A stretch of 63,553 nucleotides of DNA, the filler included, from Octopus bimaculoides (lineage: Eukaryota): assembly GCF_001194135.2 (NCBI RefSeq). It is 7 parts of 6 records of this genome, joined end to end, with 100 filler letters (N's around TTAATTAATTAA, not from the genome) between each part and the next. Parts side by side here need not be neighbours in the genome. Positions count along the whole stretch, not along the records: positions 42,700 to 54,987 come from NC_068984.1; positions 55,088 to 57,519 come from NC_068981.1; positions 57,620 to 62,137 come from NC_068991.1; 4 more parts are not named here. One strand, written 5' to 3'. This document shows positions 49,286-60,899 of this stretch, one piece after another. The first letter of the stretch is position 1. The number at the start of each line of letters is the position of its first letter. Below the pieces are notes generated by a model that ran no database searches, was not told where the DNA came from, and saw only the letters and a list, made by a program, of their open reading frames with translations. Made by a program: the position numbers and the translations under genes.

Positions 49286-50192
49286 AAAGAAAATCTTTTG
49301 CTTTCTTTTAAGCGTTAGACTAATACCACATTTGTTAAATCTTTTCTGTTTCGTATTTTCTTACTTTTTGGCTCATTTCTTAATAATATATACTACTTAT
49401 AAACCCACTACTTCTAAAAGCTTACGTGAATGAGACAGACCACTTTGTATATATTGCACATTCATAGCAGCAAGTGAAAGCATAATTTTTCATTAAGTCA
49501 GTCTTAAAACGAGCCGTGTGCTTCGCCGAACGAATACACAATGCAGCAGTAAAGTCATTTCTGTCAGTTCCCATAAAAATAGCCCTTTCGCTCCTTTTTC
49601 GTGCCGCTCTAAAAGGAACCGTAATTCACTAACAGCCAATATAGCGCATGTTCTGCATTATGAATTACTTAATGAATACTGTGACATGAACTGGTAATTA
49701 ATTACTATTTAAGTAGTTGTTTCATTACTGTTTCATTGGATTGTTGTTTTATCTTACTTTGGGCTGTATAACTTTATATATAGCTTTCAACGATACACCG
49801 GTCTATATACTACAGGTAGCAAAATGGAGAAAATTCATACATACGTACATACATATGCACACATGCACGCATGCGTACACACATACGAACAAATCTATCT
49901 ATCTATCTATCTGTCTGTCTATCTGTCTGTCTGTCTATCTGTCTGTCTGTCTGTCTGTGTATGTGTATACTGTTTTTATTGTGAACGTAGTTATTTTGTA
50001 CACACGCACAGATACGCGCGCGCGCGCATACACGCACACAGACGCACGCACACACACATATACACACACAAACACAAACACACACACACACACACACGAA
50101 TAAATTTCCACATTTTCAAAATCCTCTTGAATTTTTGGCCTAACAGGCAGCAATTGTTATGTTTTGTTTTGCCGAGTGTAATAAAAAACAAA

Positions 50193-50271
<79 letters not shown>

Positions 50272-50464
50272 TAACTGGCAAAAACTATCGGTCGAAGTAC
50301 GATTTAAATGATTTGGGAGTACATGAAAAAGTACGCGGATAAGTGTATAGAAACGAAAACTTCAAGCAATTCATAGAAGAACCAATAATTTAGAAATTTA
50401 AATGGATTTTTGTAGAAGTCACGTGATTGATGAAAAGCCATCCAGACGTGTCAAGTATAAAGAC

Positions 50465-50960
50465 GCGGGCTTGGTCGTGTGGTTAAGACGCTCACTTTCC
50501 GACTACGTGATTTCAAGTTCAGTCCCACTGCGCGGCAACTTGGGTGTCTTCCATTATAGCTCTTGGCCGACCAATGTCTTGCGAGTGAAATTTGTTTGTT
50601 TTTCCTCCACTTGGCAACCGGTGTTGACTTCTTAGCGTCCACATAACTTAGCAATTAGATCAGCGGTCGGTGAACCGGGGTAAATTACCCCATGTGGGGA
50701 TAAAAATGAAATTCTTGGGGGTAATGATGACTTATTAGATATTAGTAAAATTATATTTAAAAAATGTGTTCCCTGTTATCTATGATTTTCTTCCATTCGA
50801 ATCAAGCGGGTAACGTCAGCGTAAATAAATATATTTAGGAGTAATTGGTTAAAAAAGTCCCCCGATCTTTGCGTTAGACAAAATAATTCTAGGCTTTAAA
50901 ATGTGTACTGGTGTCGATTTGTTCAACTAAAACCCTTCAAGGTGGTGCCCCAGCATATCA
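50465..50960 (+). mobile_element. Fragmented SINE B (50465-50655 and 50880-50960) interrupted by a probable DNA-transposon end at about 50660
   Basis: Family-B head and tail motifs on both sides of cagcggtcggtgaaccggggtaaattacccc. Confidence 0.55.
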
Positions 50961-51045
50961 AATAATAACAATAATAACAATTAATAATAGAGAGGATTAA
51001 CTACACACAACATCAGTTCAGTAGAAAAGGACTTGAAAGTAAACA

Positions 51046-51098
51046 TTGGCTGAAATTGCATTTGACTGAAATTGCATTTGGCTGAAATTGCATTTGGC
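51046..51098. repeat. 16-bp tandem repeat x3 (ttggctgaaattgcat)
   Basis: Directly visible. Confidence 0.9.
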
Positions 51099-51889
51099 CC
51101 TCTGGCCAATAACTGATGAAGAACTGGTGACTTTTTGTGTTTTCTGTCTGTCTGTGTATTTAGGATATGTTCGTTTGTTTATTTACTACAACAACACTGT
51201 GTTCTCAGCGATGATCCATTATGTGAACACTAAATATAACCCCCAGAAGATCTCTCTGAACCAGGACCAGAATGGTCACGTAGTTTGATCCAACATTATT
51301 AGTATGACTAATGTAATTAGGGAATTCTTAAACTTAGCATGAAGACATTTTCCCAATGACTAATCAATCCAACCTGTTAAAGCAGAATACTACAAGGAAG
51401 TTTTGTTTCCCACCTTGTAATTTATTCAAAGCAACTTTGCATGCGAAATATTTGCAGCCGCCATTTTATTTTCCTCTGGTATCTTAAATATGGTTTCTCA
51501 ATGCCATACAATTTGCTGCTAATTCTTCCCAATTCCCAATTTCGATGTCAATTCCTCTTAGGCCAATCTTCAGACCACCTTTATGTCTCTTCTTAGTTTT
51601 GTGCTGAGGTCTGTTATGTTCTACAGAAGCTTGTCTCTCCACGAGAAGCTTATCTGAGGAGTCGGCAATTGTTTAGGCAATGACATAACTAGAGTGTGGG
51701 TGCAATCGGGACTTCTTCTGTTTGCCACCATCTCTTTTCCCACCGCTCCTTTTACAAGGTTATGTGGCAGACCCCAAAAGGTTACCCCATAAAAGAGCCG
51801 CCCGTGGAAGACTGACCCCTATGGCATGCCGCTTCAAAGCTGCGCTGCTGCATGTAACTGAGATACCTGACTAATCCACATCAGCACAC

Positions 51890-52135
51890 GAGAGTCAACA
51901 ACATCATAAGAACCATCAAGGAGGGGCTGACCATATTGCAAGACTGAAGGCCAATAGATGGACAATCAGAGTGACGGAATAGACACCAAGCCAATGGACA
52001 AGATCAAGAGGCCAACTAAGGACAAGACGGTGAGATGATCTCACCGGTTATCTGGGGCCTACATGACCACGACTAGCCAACGACAGAGAGCGATGGAAGG
52101 AGTCCAGGGAGAGGTTCCTCCTGCACGAGTGATGA
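51890..52135 (+). mobile_element. RTE-clade LINE 3' end
   Basis: HIARLKANRWTIRVTE.TP..RSRGQLRTR..DDL..LANDRERWK, a typical RTE C-terminus. Confidence 0.8.
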
Positions 52136-52279
52136 AACCCTAGGTATTATTATTTTCCCTTGTGTTGTGTTGTCCCTATTTATTTTGTGTTCGGCCCTTG
52201 TGACCAATAAGGAAATCATCATCATCATCATCATCATTATTATTATTATTATTATTATTATCATTATCATCATTATTAT

Positions 52280-52500
52280 TAAGTCGGCGAGCTGGCAGAA
52301 TCGTTAGCACGCCAGGCAAAATGCTTAGCGGTATTTCGCCCGTCGCTACGTTCCCAGTTCAAATTCCGCCGAGGTCGACTTTACCTTTCATCATTTCGGG
52401 GTTCGATAAAATAACTACCAGTTGAACACTGGGGTCGATGTATGTAATGGACTCATCCCCTCCCCACAAATTGCTGCCCTTGTGGAAAAATTTGAAATCA
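52280..52500 (+). mobile_element. SINE family A, well preserved, between (ATT)n tracts
   Basis: A box TGGCAGAATCG, B box GTTCAAATTCC, core gaggtcgactttacctttcatcatttcgggg. Confidence 0.9.
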
Positions 52501-52529
52501 TTATTATTATTATTATTATTATTATTGAT

Positions 52530-52795
52530 TTGATTCGGGTTTGATCTCATACCTGGTAGGCTTTATGTGGGTAGCGGGTTACTACCTGTAACCTTAGGTA
52601 TCCATTAGCATTCAATAGTCTTTCAAGTGTCTAGAACCTTCCTGATAATCTTTCCTGTCCCTAAGAGGCAAACTTACTGTAGAACCTCTACAGGACATTC
52701 TATTCCAATCTCCTTCAAACATTTGTCCGTATCTTTGCTTAAAGTTCCCAAATGCCCCAATTATTGTAGGCACAACCTTCATTATTATTACCCCG
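52530..52795 (-). mobile_element. R4/Dong-like LINE 3' end
   Basis: KVVPTIIGAFG..EIGIECPVEVLQ.VCLLGTGKIIRKVLDT*, followed by 3' UTR and (AAT)n. Confidence 0.8.
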
Positions 52796-53312
52796 TCCAA
52801 ACCAACTCAAAATTTACTTTTCACGAGGCGAGTCTTAATGCTTGAACTTTTGACTCCAGATCAACATTGATCAAGCAGACTTGTGATCAAAAGGCACTCC
52901 AGCCATAGCCACGCTGTTTTAATTTTGTTTTACAGATGCAATTTAACTAGGATCACATCAATAAATCGCATTGTAAGATATGATTTCAACGGGGTTTGGC
53001 TGCAGTTTCTAACAGCTTTAGCGACATTGTAGATGCCCTTTCATTGTGTGTGTATATGTGAACATATGACTGTTATGGATTAGCTAGTATGGTTGTGTTG
53101 TGTTTATTGTGAGTGTTGTGTTTTATTGTGTGTGAGTGTGCGTGTGTATATGTGTCTGTGTGTATATGTGTACGCGCGCATGCGTGTGAATCGTGTGTCT
53201 TTGTGAATGAATGTGCCTAAATTGTGTGATTGTGTGAGTGCGTGTAATAATGAATGTGCATGGCTGTGTTCATGTATATGTTATATGTATGCGTGTGATG
53301 AAATATGCATGA

Positions 53313-53343
<31 letters not shown>

Positions 53344-53597
53344 TTTGGGGTGTGTGTGTGTAGTGTTTTATCATCTCTCTCTTTCTCTCTCACCCTCTAT
53401 TTGTCTGTCTATCAACCACCCCCTAATTGCATCGACCTATCTGTCTTCATTGATCTCTCAGCCAGACTGCCTGTCTCTCTTTCTCTCTCTCTCTATCTCC
53501 CTCTCTCTGTGTATCTCTCTCTTTCACACACACACATGCACAAATACACTTACATATAGACATAAACACACACAGTGCTCACACACTCACACGCACC

Positions 53598-53634
<37 letters not shown>

Positions 53635-54179
53635 NNNNNNNNNNNNNNNNNNNNNNNNNNNNNNNNNNNNNNNNNNNNNNNNNNNNNNNNNNNNNNNNNN
53701 NNNNNNNNNNNNNNNNNNNNNNNNNNNNNNNNNNNNNNNNNNNNNNNNNNNNNNNNNNNNNNNNNNNNNNNNNNNNNNNNNNNNNNNNNNNNNNNNNNNN
53801 NNNNNNNNNNNNNNNNNNNNNNNNNNNNNNNNNNNNNNNNNNNNNNNNNNNNNNNNNNNNNNNNNNNNNNNNNNNNNNNNNNNNNNNNNNNNNNNNGGAA
53901 AGAAAAATCACGAAAAATCAAAGATGGTGACTGCTGGTTAACAATCTTCTGTTAAATTCTCGTTTCCGGTGATTGCACGGTTGCGCAGTTGGGGAGAAGA
54001 AGTAGCTTCTAATGTAATGAGACGGAAGTAGTACTTTGGTGGTGATGGTGGTGTCAGAAAAATTGCTGATAATGTGTGTGGTTTTGGTGAGTGTCATGGC
54101 TGGGTTGTTATACGGTAGAATCAAGTGAGGGAAAATCAAGGAAGTTGAAAGCTTTTTTTTTTTTTCTTGAGGCGTGACT

Positions 54180-54560
54180 GTGTGAGTAAGAAAGAACCTC
54201 GCTTTGCAACCATGTGTTTTCTGGTTCAGTCCCACTGCGCGGTACAATACGTGAGTGTCTTCAACTAAAGGCCCCTGGTCGACCTTGTGAGTGAATTTGA
54301 TAGATGGATACTGTGTAGAAGTACATCGTATGTGTGGGTGTGTGCTTGTGCGCGCGCGCGTGGGTGTATTTGCGCGCATGCGTGTGTGAGTGAGTAAATG
54401 CGTGTGTGTGTGCATTTGTGTGTGTGTGTATGTATATGTGTCCTTATGTCTGTGTTTGTCATCCCCTGCACTGCACGATAATCTGTGTTGGTATGTTTAC
54501 GACCCTGTAACTTAGCAAATCGACAATCGACGCCCATAGAATAAGTGCCAGACTTTAAAA
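54180..54560 (+). mobile_element. Diverged SINE family B
   Basis: ggttcagtcccactgcgcgg..ccttgtgagtgaatttga..gacc.tgtaacttagc..atagaataagtgccag. Confidence 0.7.
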
Positions 54561-54565
54561 CCTTA

Positions 54566-54647
54566 CGAGGAGTGCTGAAATGTTCCTGGCTTTCGGTAAA
54601 AGAAAATACTGGAAGATCAGTTAACTAAGATTTTATTCAACATAGTC
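54566..54647. mobile_element. One end of a mariner-type MITE
   Basis: TA|CGAGGAGTGCTGAAATGTTCCTGGCTTT terminus; the other end was not found. Confidence 0.6.
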
Positions 54648-54649
54648 AA

Positions 54650-54751
54650 CAGTCTGGAGTAGCTTGGCTTTGCTGGATGTCGCTGAAATTCTATAAGTTT
54701 TCAACAGCGGTTTAGCAGCGACATCTAGCAAGGCCAAACTACTCCAGACTG
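54650..54751. repeat. 36-bp stem hairpin with 30-nt loop
   Basis: 54650-54685 pairs with 54716-54751: 33 Watson-Crick pairs, 2 G-U and 1 mismatch on the plus transcript. Confidence 0.95.
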
Positions 54752-54785
54752 ATGAAGAGCAATCATCCTGAATATAGTCTCTGGA
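54743..54785 (+). ncRNA. Type I minimal hammerhead-ribozyme-like motif overlapping the hairpin
   Basis: Helix I UCCAGA/UCUGGA, intact CUGAUGA, GUC cleavage triplet at 54777-54779. Helix II is poorly paired and GAAA reads GAAU. Confidence 0.5.
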
Positions 54786-54952
54786 TGCTAGCTTTGTTGG
54801 GTGGAGGTGGTAATCTCCCTTGTTTGAAAACTTAAGGACACAGAACGCTTGTGTCGCGCAGCCAACAAGAAACGGTGTTTCTTGGGGTTAAATATCAGTA
54901 GCATTTTCCCCTTTCCTGGAACTGCTACATTAAATTGGCAACAAGCCATCAC

Positions 54953-54987
<35 letters not shown>

Positions 54988-56049
54988 NNNNNNNNNNNNN
55001 NNNNNNNNNNNNNNNNNNNNNNNNNNNNNNNTTAATTAATTAANNNNNNNNNNNNNNNNNNNNNNNNNNNNNNNNNNNNNNNNNNNNTAAAAACTAGAAA
55101 CAGAGAGTTAGCACAAGTGTAGGATGAGGGCACAGATGAAGCTTAGAGGCAGACAAAAGATAAAGAAAAGCCACACACACACACACACACACATACACAA
55201 ACACAGTGAGAAAGGAGGAGGAGGGGGAGGCAGAAGACGAGGAAGGTGCGAGAGTGGGAGAGTAGGAGAAGGAGCAGGGGAAGAGAGTGAGGAGGAAAAG
55301 GAAGGGAGAAAGACGAGGAGGAAGGGAAGAAGACGAGGAGGAAAGAGTAGAGGAGGAAGAAGAGGAGAATAAAGAAGAGGAGGATAAATAAGAGGAGGAG
55401 GTAGAAGAAGAGGAGAAAGAATAACAAAAGGAGACTGAGTATAGAAATGAAACATTCGTTTTATTTAATTTCATTTAAGGAAATAAATATTTTTGTTTTG
55501 AAAATTAGCTTTCATTTCATCGTTTTGAGTAAGCACCAAGTAATCTGATAAAATTGTTTTATAATTATTGTATGTAATCTATATTTCTTGATATTAACCA
55601 AAGTGGCAAAAATATACGTCCAAAAGTACCAGTCATACGACAGATAATATCCTAGTATCAGACCTTTTTTTCGTACTACCATGATTTTATATAATATCAT
55701 TCCCATACGGTGTTATACTTCTGTACTGTATGATGTAGTGGTGTATGCAATCTTAAACAATATGATTGCATACATGATTGCATACGTATGTGGTTGTATT
55801 TTCGGAGAATAACCAACACGACATTCACACTACAGCTTCTCTGTGTGCTTATGTATGTATGCATGTATGTATGTATGTATGTATGTATGTATGTATGTAT
55901 GTATGTATGTATGTATGTATGCTTGTATGTGTATATGTGTGTATATCTATGTGTGTATGTTTGTACATATGTATGCATATATATATATACATCCAATACA
56001 CATACACCCACATGCATGCATACATACACACATACATGCATATATATAT

Positions 56050-56200
56050 ACTCTTTTACTCTTTTACTCTTTTACTTGTTTCAGTCGTTTGACTGTGGCC
56101 ATGCTGGAGCACCGCCTTTAGTCGAGCAACTCGACCCCAGGACTTATTCTTTGGAAGCCTAGTACTTATTCTATCGGTCTCTTTTGCCGAACCGCTAAGT
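56050..56200 (-). mobile_element. SINE B 3' half, little diverged
   Basis: cttttactcttttacttgtttcagtcgtttgactgtggccatgctggagcaccgcctttagtcgagc. Confidence 0.9.
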
Positions 56201-56225
56201 TAGATAGATAGATAGATAGACAGAC

Positions 56226-56279
<54 letters not shown>

Positions 56280-56339
56280 CTACAAACACACATACACCCA
56301 CATATATACACACATACACCCACATATATACACACATAG

Positions 56340-56682
56340 AGGAGGAGGCCCCTTTCGGTTATGAATGACCATGGTATTGCACCTAGAAAGTTACCCTCTG
56401 AGGCACAAGTCCAAGCAAGGTTGTTTGTGGAAGGCCAGCAGTCGCCCATGCATACCAGCCTCTCCCCTCTCCACACCACCGATGTTATCCAAGGGATAAG
56501 GCAAAGGCCGATATAGCTTGGCACCAGTGATGTCGCAACTCATTTCTATAGCTGAGTTAACAGGAGCAACGTGAAATAAAGTATCTTGCTCAATAAAACA
56601 ACACGTAGCCCGGTCCGGGAATCGAACTCACAACCTCACGATCGTAAGTTCGACGCTCTAACCAGTGAGCCATGCGCCTTCA
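56340..56682 (-). mobile_element. SINE with family-C head and core but a different tail (family D)
   Basis: Head tgaaggcgcatggctcactggttagagcg..gagttcgattccc, core gagcaagatactttatttcacgttgctcc..cagctatagaaatgagt, unique tail ending gaaaggggcctcctcc. Confidence 0.85.
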
Positions 56683-56894
56683 TATGCACATATACATACA
56701 TACATACATACATACATACATACATACATGCATACATGCACACATACATACATGCATACATACATAGATACATACATTCATACATAAATGCATAAAAACA
56801 GATACGTGCATATATGGAAAACGTAAGTAGATACATTAACAGACTAGCAATTCCAACACAGACGCGCACATATTTATATAATGCTCACAAATAC

Positions 56895-56995
<101 letters not shown>

Positions 56996-57619
56996 TATAA
57001 CACACACTTTCTCACATACATATGCATACATAGAAAAAAGTTTCACTCGTATGTATGTACACTGACAGACAGTGGTGACAGGCTAAGAATTTAGACATTT
57101 GACCTTATACGTCGATAGCTTCTGCTCGAAATGTTCACACGAAGTGTTGACGGTAGGTGTGATTGGATTGGTTACTTCACTTGGCCACTAGCTGGACGAA
57201 TCAAAGCCAAGAGCAAACAAAACAAAACAAGACAGAACAAAACAAAATAAAAAGTAAGAAAAAAAATGGAAATCTTCGCACGTTCTAGTGTAATGTCTGA
57301 CGCCAGCTGGACTGTAATTATTGAATGGTACATGTTACTGCTGTTTGCAGAAATAACTGATCTACTTGGATATCTAGTTGATAATTCAATGAAGATGAAT
57401 GTTGCTTAAATCAAAAATAATATGCGTACAAGCGTGTGTGTGCATGTATATGTGTATGTAACATACAACTTTCTCTGTGTGTGTGCGTGTATGTATGTAT
57501 ACATATATATATATATATANNNNNNNNNNNNNNNNNNNNNNNNNNNNNNNNNNNNNNNNNNNNTTAATTAATTAANNNNNNNNNNNNNNNNNNNNNNNNN
57601 NNNNNNNNNNNNNNNNNNN

Positions 57620-57790
57620 ATATATATACAACGGGTTTCCTTTAGTTTCCGTCTACCAGATCCACTCACAAGGCTTTGGTCGGCCCGAGGCTATAGTAGA
57701 ACATACTTGCTTAAGGTGCCACGTAGTGGGACTAAACCCGAAACCATGTGGTTGGGATGCAAGCTTCTTACCACACAGCCACGCCTGCAC
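57620..57790 (-). mobile_element. SINE B 5' half
   Basis: Reverse complement of the family-B head, ending in (TA)n at a gap. Confidence 0.85.
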
Positions 57791-58499
57791 CAATGGAAAT
57801 TGTTTTTCATTTTTGCGATGCGGATAGAAGGCAAAAGTTATATTTGTTACATAGAATAGATGTGTTATATTAAAGAATACCCCGTTTTTACAATTTTTTA
57901 AAAATTAAAAATCGATAATATAACAGCCGATAAACGACTGGTGTCGGCTAAAGCCCGTTCATACAATCGAGCAGTACCTAGCTGGTTGCTGACAACCACA
58001 CAGAGTGGTGTAGGCAGTTCTAGACAAGCGCCGGTAGTTAGTAGATGGTCAGAAGTGGCTGATGCGGTACAATCACCGTGATGTGTCGCATGGATTAACA
58101 CATGGCAGTTAAAGTGATAAGCATTTGTGATGTATACTACAATAATACCTGGCAGCAAACCACCAGGTGGGTAATTTCTCTCGACGACAAGCGTGAGTAC
58201 TCTGCTGGTTTGCCCGCCAATTTTGTCTGATAACAGACGTTTAGCGTGCACCTGCTGGGCACTGTCCAATCATATTGATGGGATTTAGGTAAGTATAATA
58301 TTCTTTTTTTTTTTCTACAATTATATTTCTAAAAATCAGTGTATGTCTTCCACAATGCAACGTCTACCATGCCGCAAAATGCCGTTTATGTGCATGTGTG
58401 CGTGCGTGAGCGGGACGCGTCTGTGAAATATTGAGTTGCCTAATACACAAATCATTGAAAACCGGTTTTAGCAGTCTGTGAGTTTTGTGAAAATATTTT

Positions 58500-58830
58500 T
58501 GTCATGGAGGGAAGAATAATTTGGTCATTTCCATGTCAGTGAAACGGGGTTGTACAAACATAAACTTCAAAATATTTCAAAGAACGACAAAGAAATCATA
58601 CTCTGCAGCATATATATATATATATATATATGATCTTAGCCACCAGCTTGGTGGCCAAGACAGGCAGAGAGGTTTGTGTCTTTTTCAACCACACTCCCAC
58701 ACATAGTAATCCATAAAATTAAAATGGGGGGAATTAAGAAGCCAGAAATTGATGGAGACGTAGAAATTTTCCGACAACTCCAACTCTTTCCGGAGGTACG
58801 ACAAGGAACCGAATCCTGCTGCCACACATA
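58500..58830 (-). mobile_element. Tc1/mariner transposase C-terminal fragment interrupted by (TA)n
   Basis: WQQDSVPCRTSGK..ENFY..FWLLNSPHFNFMDYYVW..VEKDTN, matching FQQDSAP.H..WPPNSPDLNP.DY.VW. Confidence 0.75.
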
Positions 58831-59323
58831 TGTCTACGTCTTCTGTGACACATGAAACAATTAGCAAAAAGCATGGTACATACGTGTTACTACACTCATT
58901 ACACACGAATGGACATATCGGCGGATTATATTGTAGTGCACTTATGACAAGAACTTTATTTATGTGACTAGTGAGAATTTTATGCTGCAACAGTTCTTGA
59001 AAAGTGAACAGGTGTCATATGGGAGCTTAACTGTTCGAATTGACTGAACAATGGAGACTAATCAACTAACTGGTATCATAAAGTGTCAACTGTGAGAAGA
59101 AAATAAAAAAACAAAAACGTATATGTATGCGTATGTAGACTGATTGTTCTGACATCAATGAATTAAGTGGAAACATCGCTGAATACATTTAAAAAGCTGA
59201 ATACGTGGCGTTTAAAGAGCATCGCTTTTATAATTTATTAGAGACGTAAAAACAGGAAATCCCGTGAGAGCTTTAAATAATATCGGAAAACTTGCCATAG
59301 CAGTTTATTGAATAATAATAATG

Positions 59324-59379
<56 letters not shown>

Positions 59380-59389
59380 GATGATGATG

Positions 59390-59461
<72 letters not shown>

Positions 59462-59464
<3 letters not shown>

Positions 59465-59765
59465 TCAGAATGGAGTTCGGACCGAGAAAGTGTGGTGTGT
59501 TAGACTTGAAGAGAGGCAAAATCAAATGTATCGACGGGGTAACGATACCGTCGGGGGTAGGTTATGAAGCAGATAGGAGAGACGGGCTATAAGTACTTGG
59601 GGATTTTGGAAATGGATAAATTGATGGAGAAAGAAATGACAGTAAAATTTAAGGTGGAGTACTTGCGCAGACTGAGACTGATCCTTAAGACGAAATCAAA
59701 CGGACGGAATAAAATCGAAGCTATGAACACCTGGGCGGTTTCACTTAGATATGGAATAGGTGTTG
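59462..59765 (+). mobile_element. R4/Dong-like LINE RT C-terminal fragment
   Basis: IRMEFGPRKCGVLDLKRGK..YKYLGILE..EYLRRLRLILKTKSNGRNKIEAMNTWAVS. Confidence 0.85.
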
Positions 59766-59769
59766 ATAG

Positions 59770-59988
59770 CTTCGGTCTTATTCCTACTAGGAATTATCTG
59801 AATAGCGGGTTACTACCTGTAACCTTAGGTGTCCACAAATTTTCATCAGTCTTTCAAGTGCTTAGAATCTTCCTGATAATCTTTGCTGGCCCTAAGAGAC
59901 AAACTTTCTGCAGGCGCTCTACCGAGCATCCTATTTTAATCTCTTCAGCCATTTGCCTATATCTTGGCTTACAGTTCCCAACGCACCA

Positions 59989-59990
<2 letters not shown>
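59770..59990 (-). mobile_element. R4/Dong-like LINE 3' end, tail-to-tail with the RT fragment
   Basis: EIKIGCSVERLQKVCLLGPAKIIRKILST*, 3' UTR shared with 52530-52620. Confidence 0.8.
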
Positions 59991-60035
<45 letters not shown>

Positions 60036-60043
60036 TACTACTA

Positions 60044-60091
<48 letters not shown>

Positions 60092-60536
60092 GCTAAGTTT
60101 GGAAGAAGGAGCAGTATTCCCATGAACTTCGTAGATACTCCAAGACCATTTGAGCTCAATACTGTTAATGTTCTAATTACGTTGTTGCAGGAAAGATATG
60201 AGCAGACAGAATATTCTCAGATGGGCAGACGCAGTAGGGTTAGGAGGAGTCGAAAGTCGAGTGGGTTAGTCGTGGTTACCTGAATAGAGTAGGTGCGAGA
60301 CAGTTGCCGAGTTTCCCTAACGATATTGATCTTCGCATGTGTTTTCACTAAGTCTTCGATGGCCAGGTTTTCCTTTCTTATGATTGTTATTTCATTGAAA
60401 CAGAAAGGTGCAAGTATTGAATAAAATTATGATTTCTGGAAACATCTATTCTCTTGGGTTTCTGCAATATTTTGATATTTCAATCATTCACTTATTTCCT
60501 CGTATTTCCTCTATTTTTTTTTCATTTTTTTTTTAC

Positions 60537-60764
60537 TTGATGCTTATTTATAATTTTTTGAATATTGTCGTTTTGGTTAAGACGCTCTTTTTGAAATGAC
60601 GTGTCCCCCGATTCGAACCCGCTGTCCAGTAATATGCCAGCAAAGTTACCAACAGTCATAGTGTTTTCGGCTGTTCTAGTAGTTCTAGTTACAGCAGACA
60701 CAGCAGTAATGGACAATAGACCTGCTAACGCGGCAAGAGATCTGCTATCCAATGTCATCCACAT
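60537..60764 (-). CDS. Candidate first coding exon of an unidentified secreted or membrane protein (signal peptide)
   Basis: Minus-strand acceptor (T-rich tract + CTAG) before 60795, ATG at 60764, 76 open codons MWMTLDSRSLAALAGLLSITAVSA-VTRTT..., phase-0 donor GTAAAA at 60536. No homology recognised; a competing plus-strand 47-aa ORF overlaps it. Confidence 0.3.
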
Positions 60765-60899
60765 TGGTGACAAATAGCAGATGAAAGTTCGTGTGCTAGT
60801 TACAACAATAATGAATAGAAAGACTCCTTAGGAGGTATCAACCTTAGGAGAGAGTACTATGAGATTGCACCAATAACAAAACGTGATTGCAACTCACCG

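Noticed and set aside
59564-60283. 239-aa ORF
   Set aside because: Chance read-through of a LINE RT piece, an antisense LINE end and a triplet repeat.
60260-60400. Second minus-strand exon candidate ending CAG|GTAACC
   Set aside because: No acceptor in a phase compatible with the 60537 donor.
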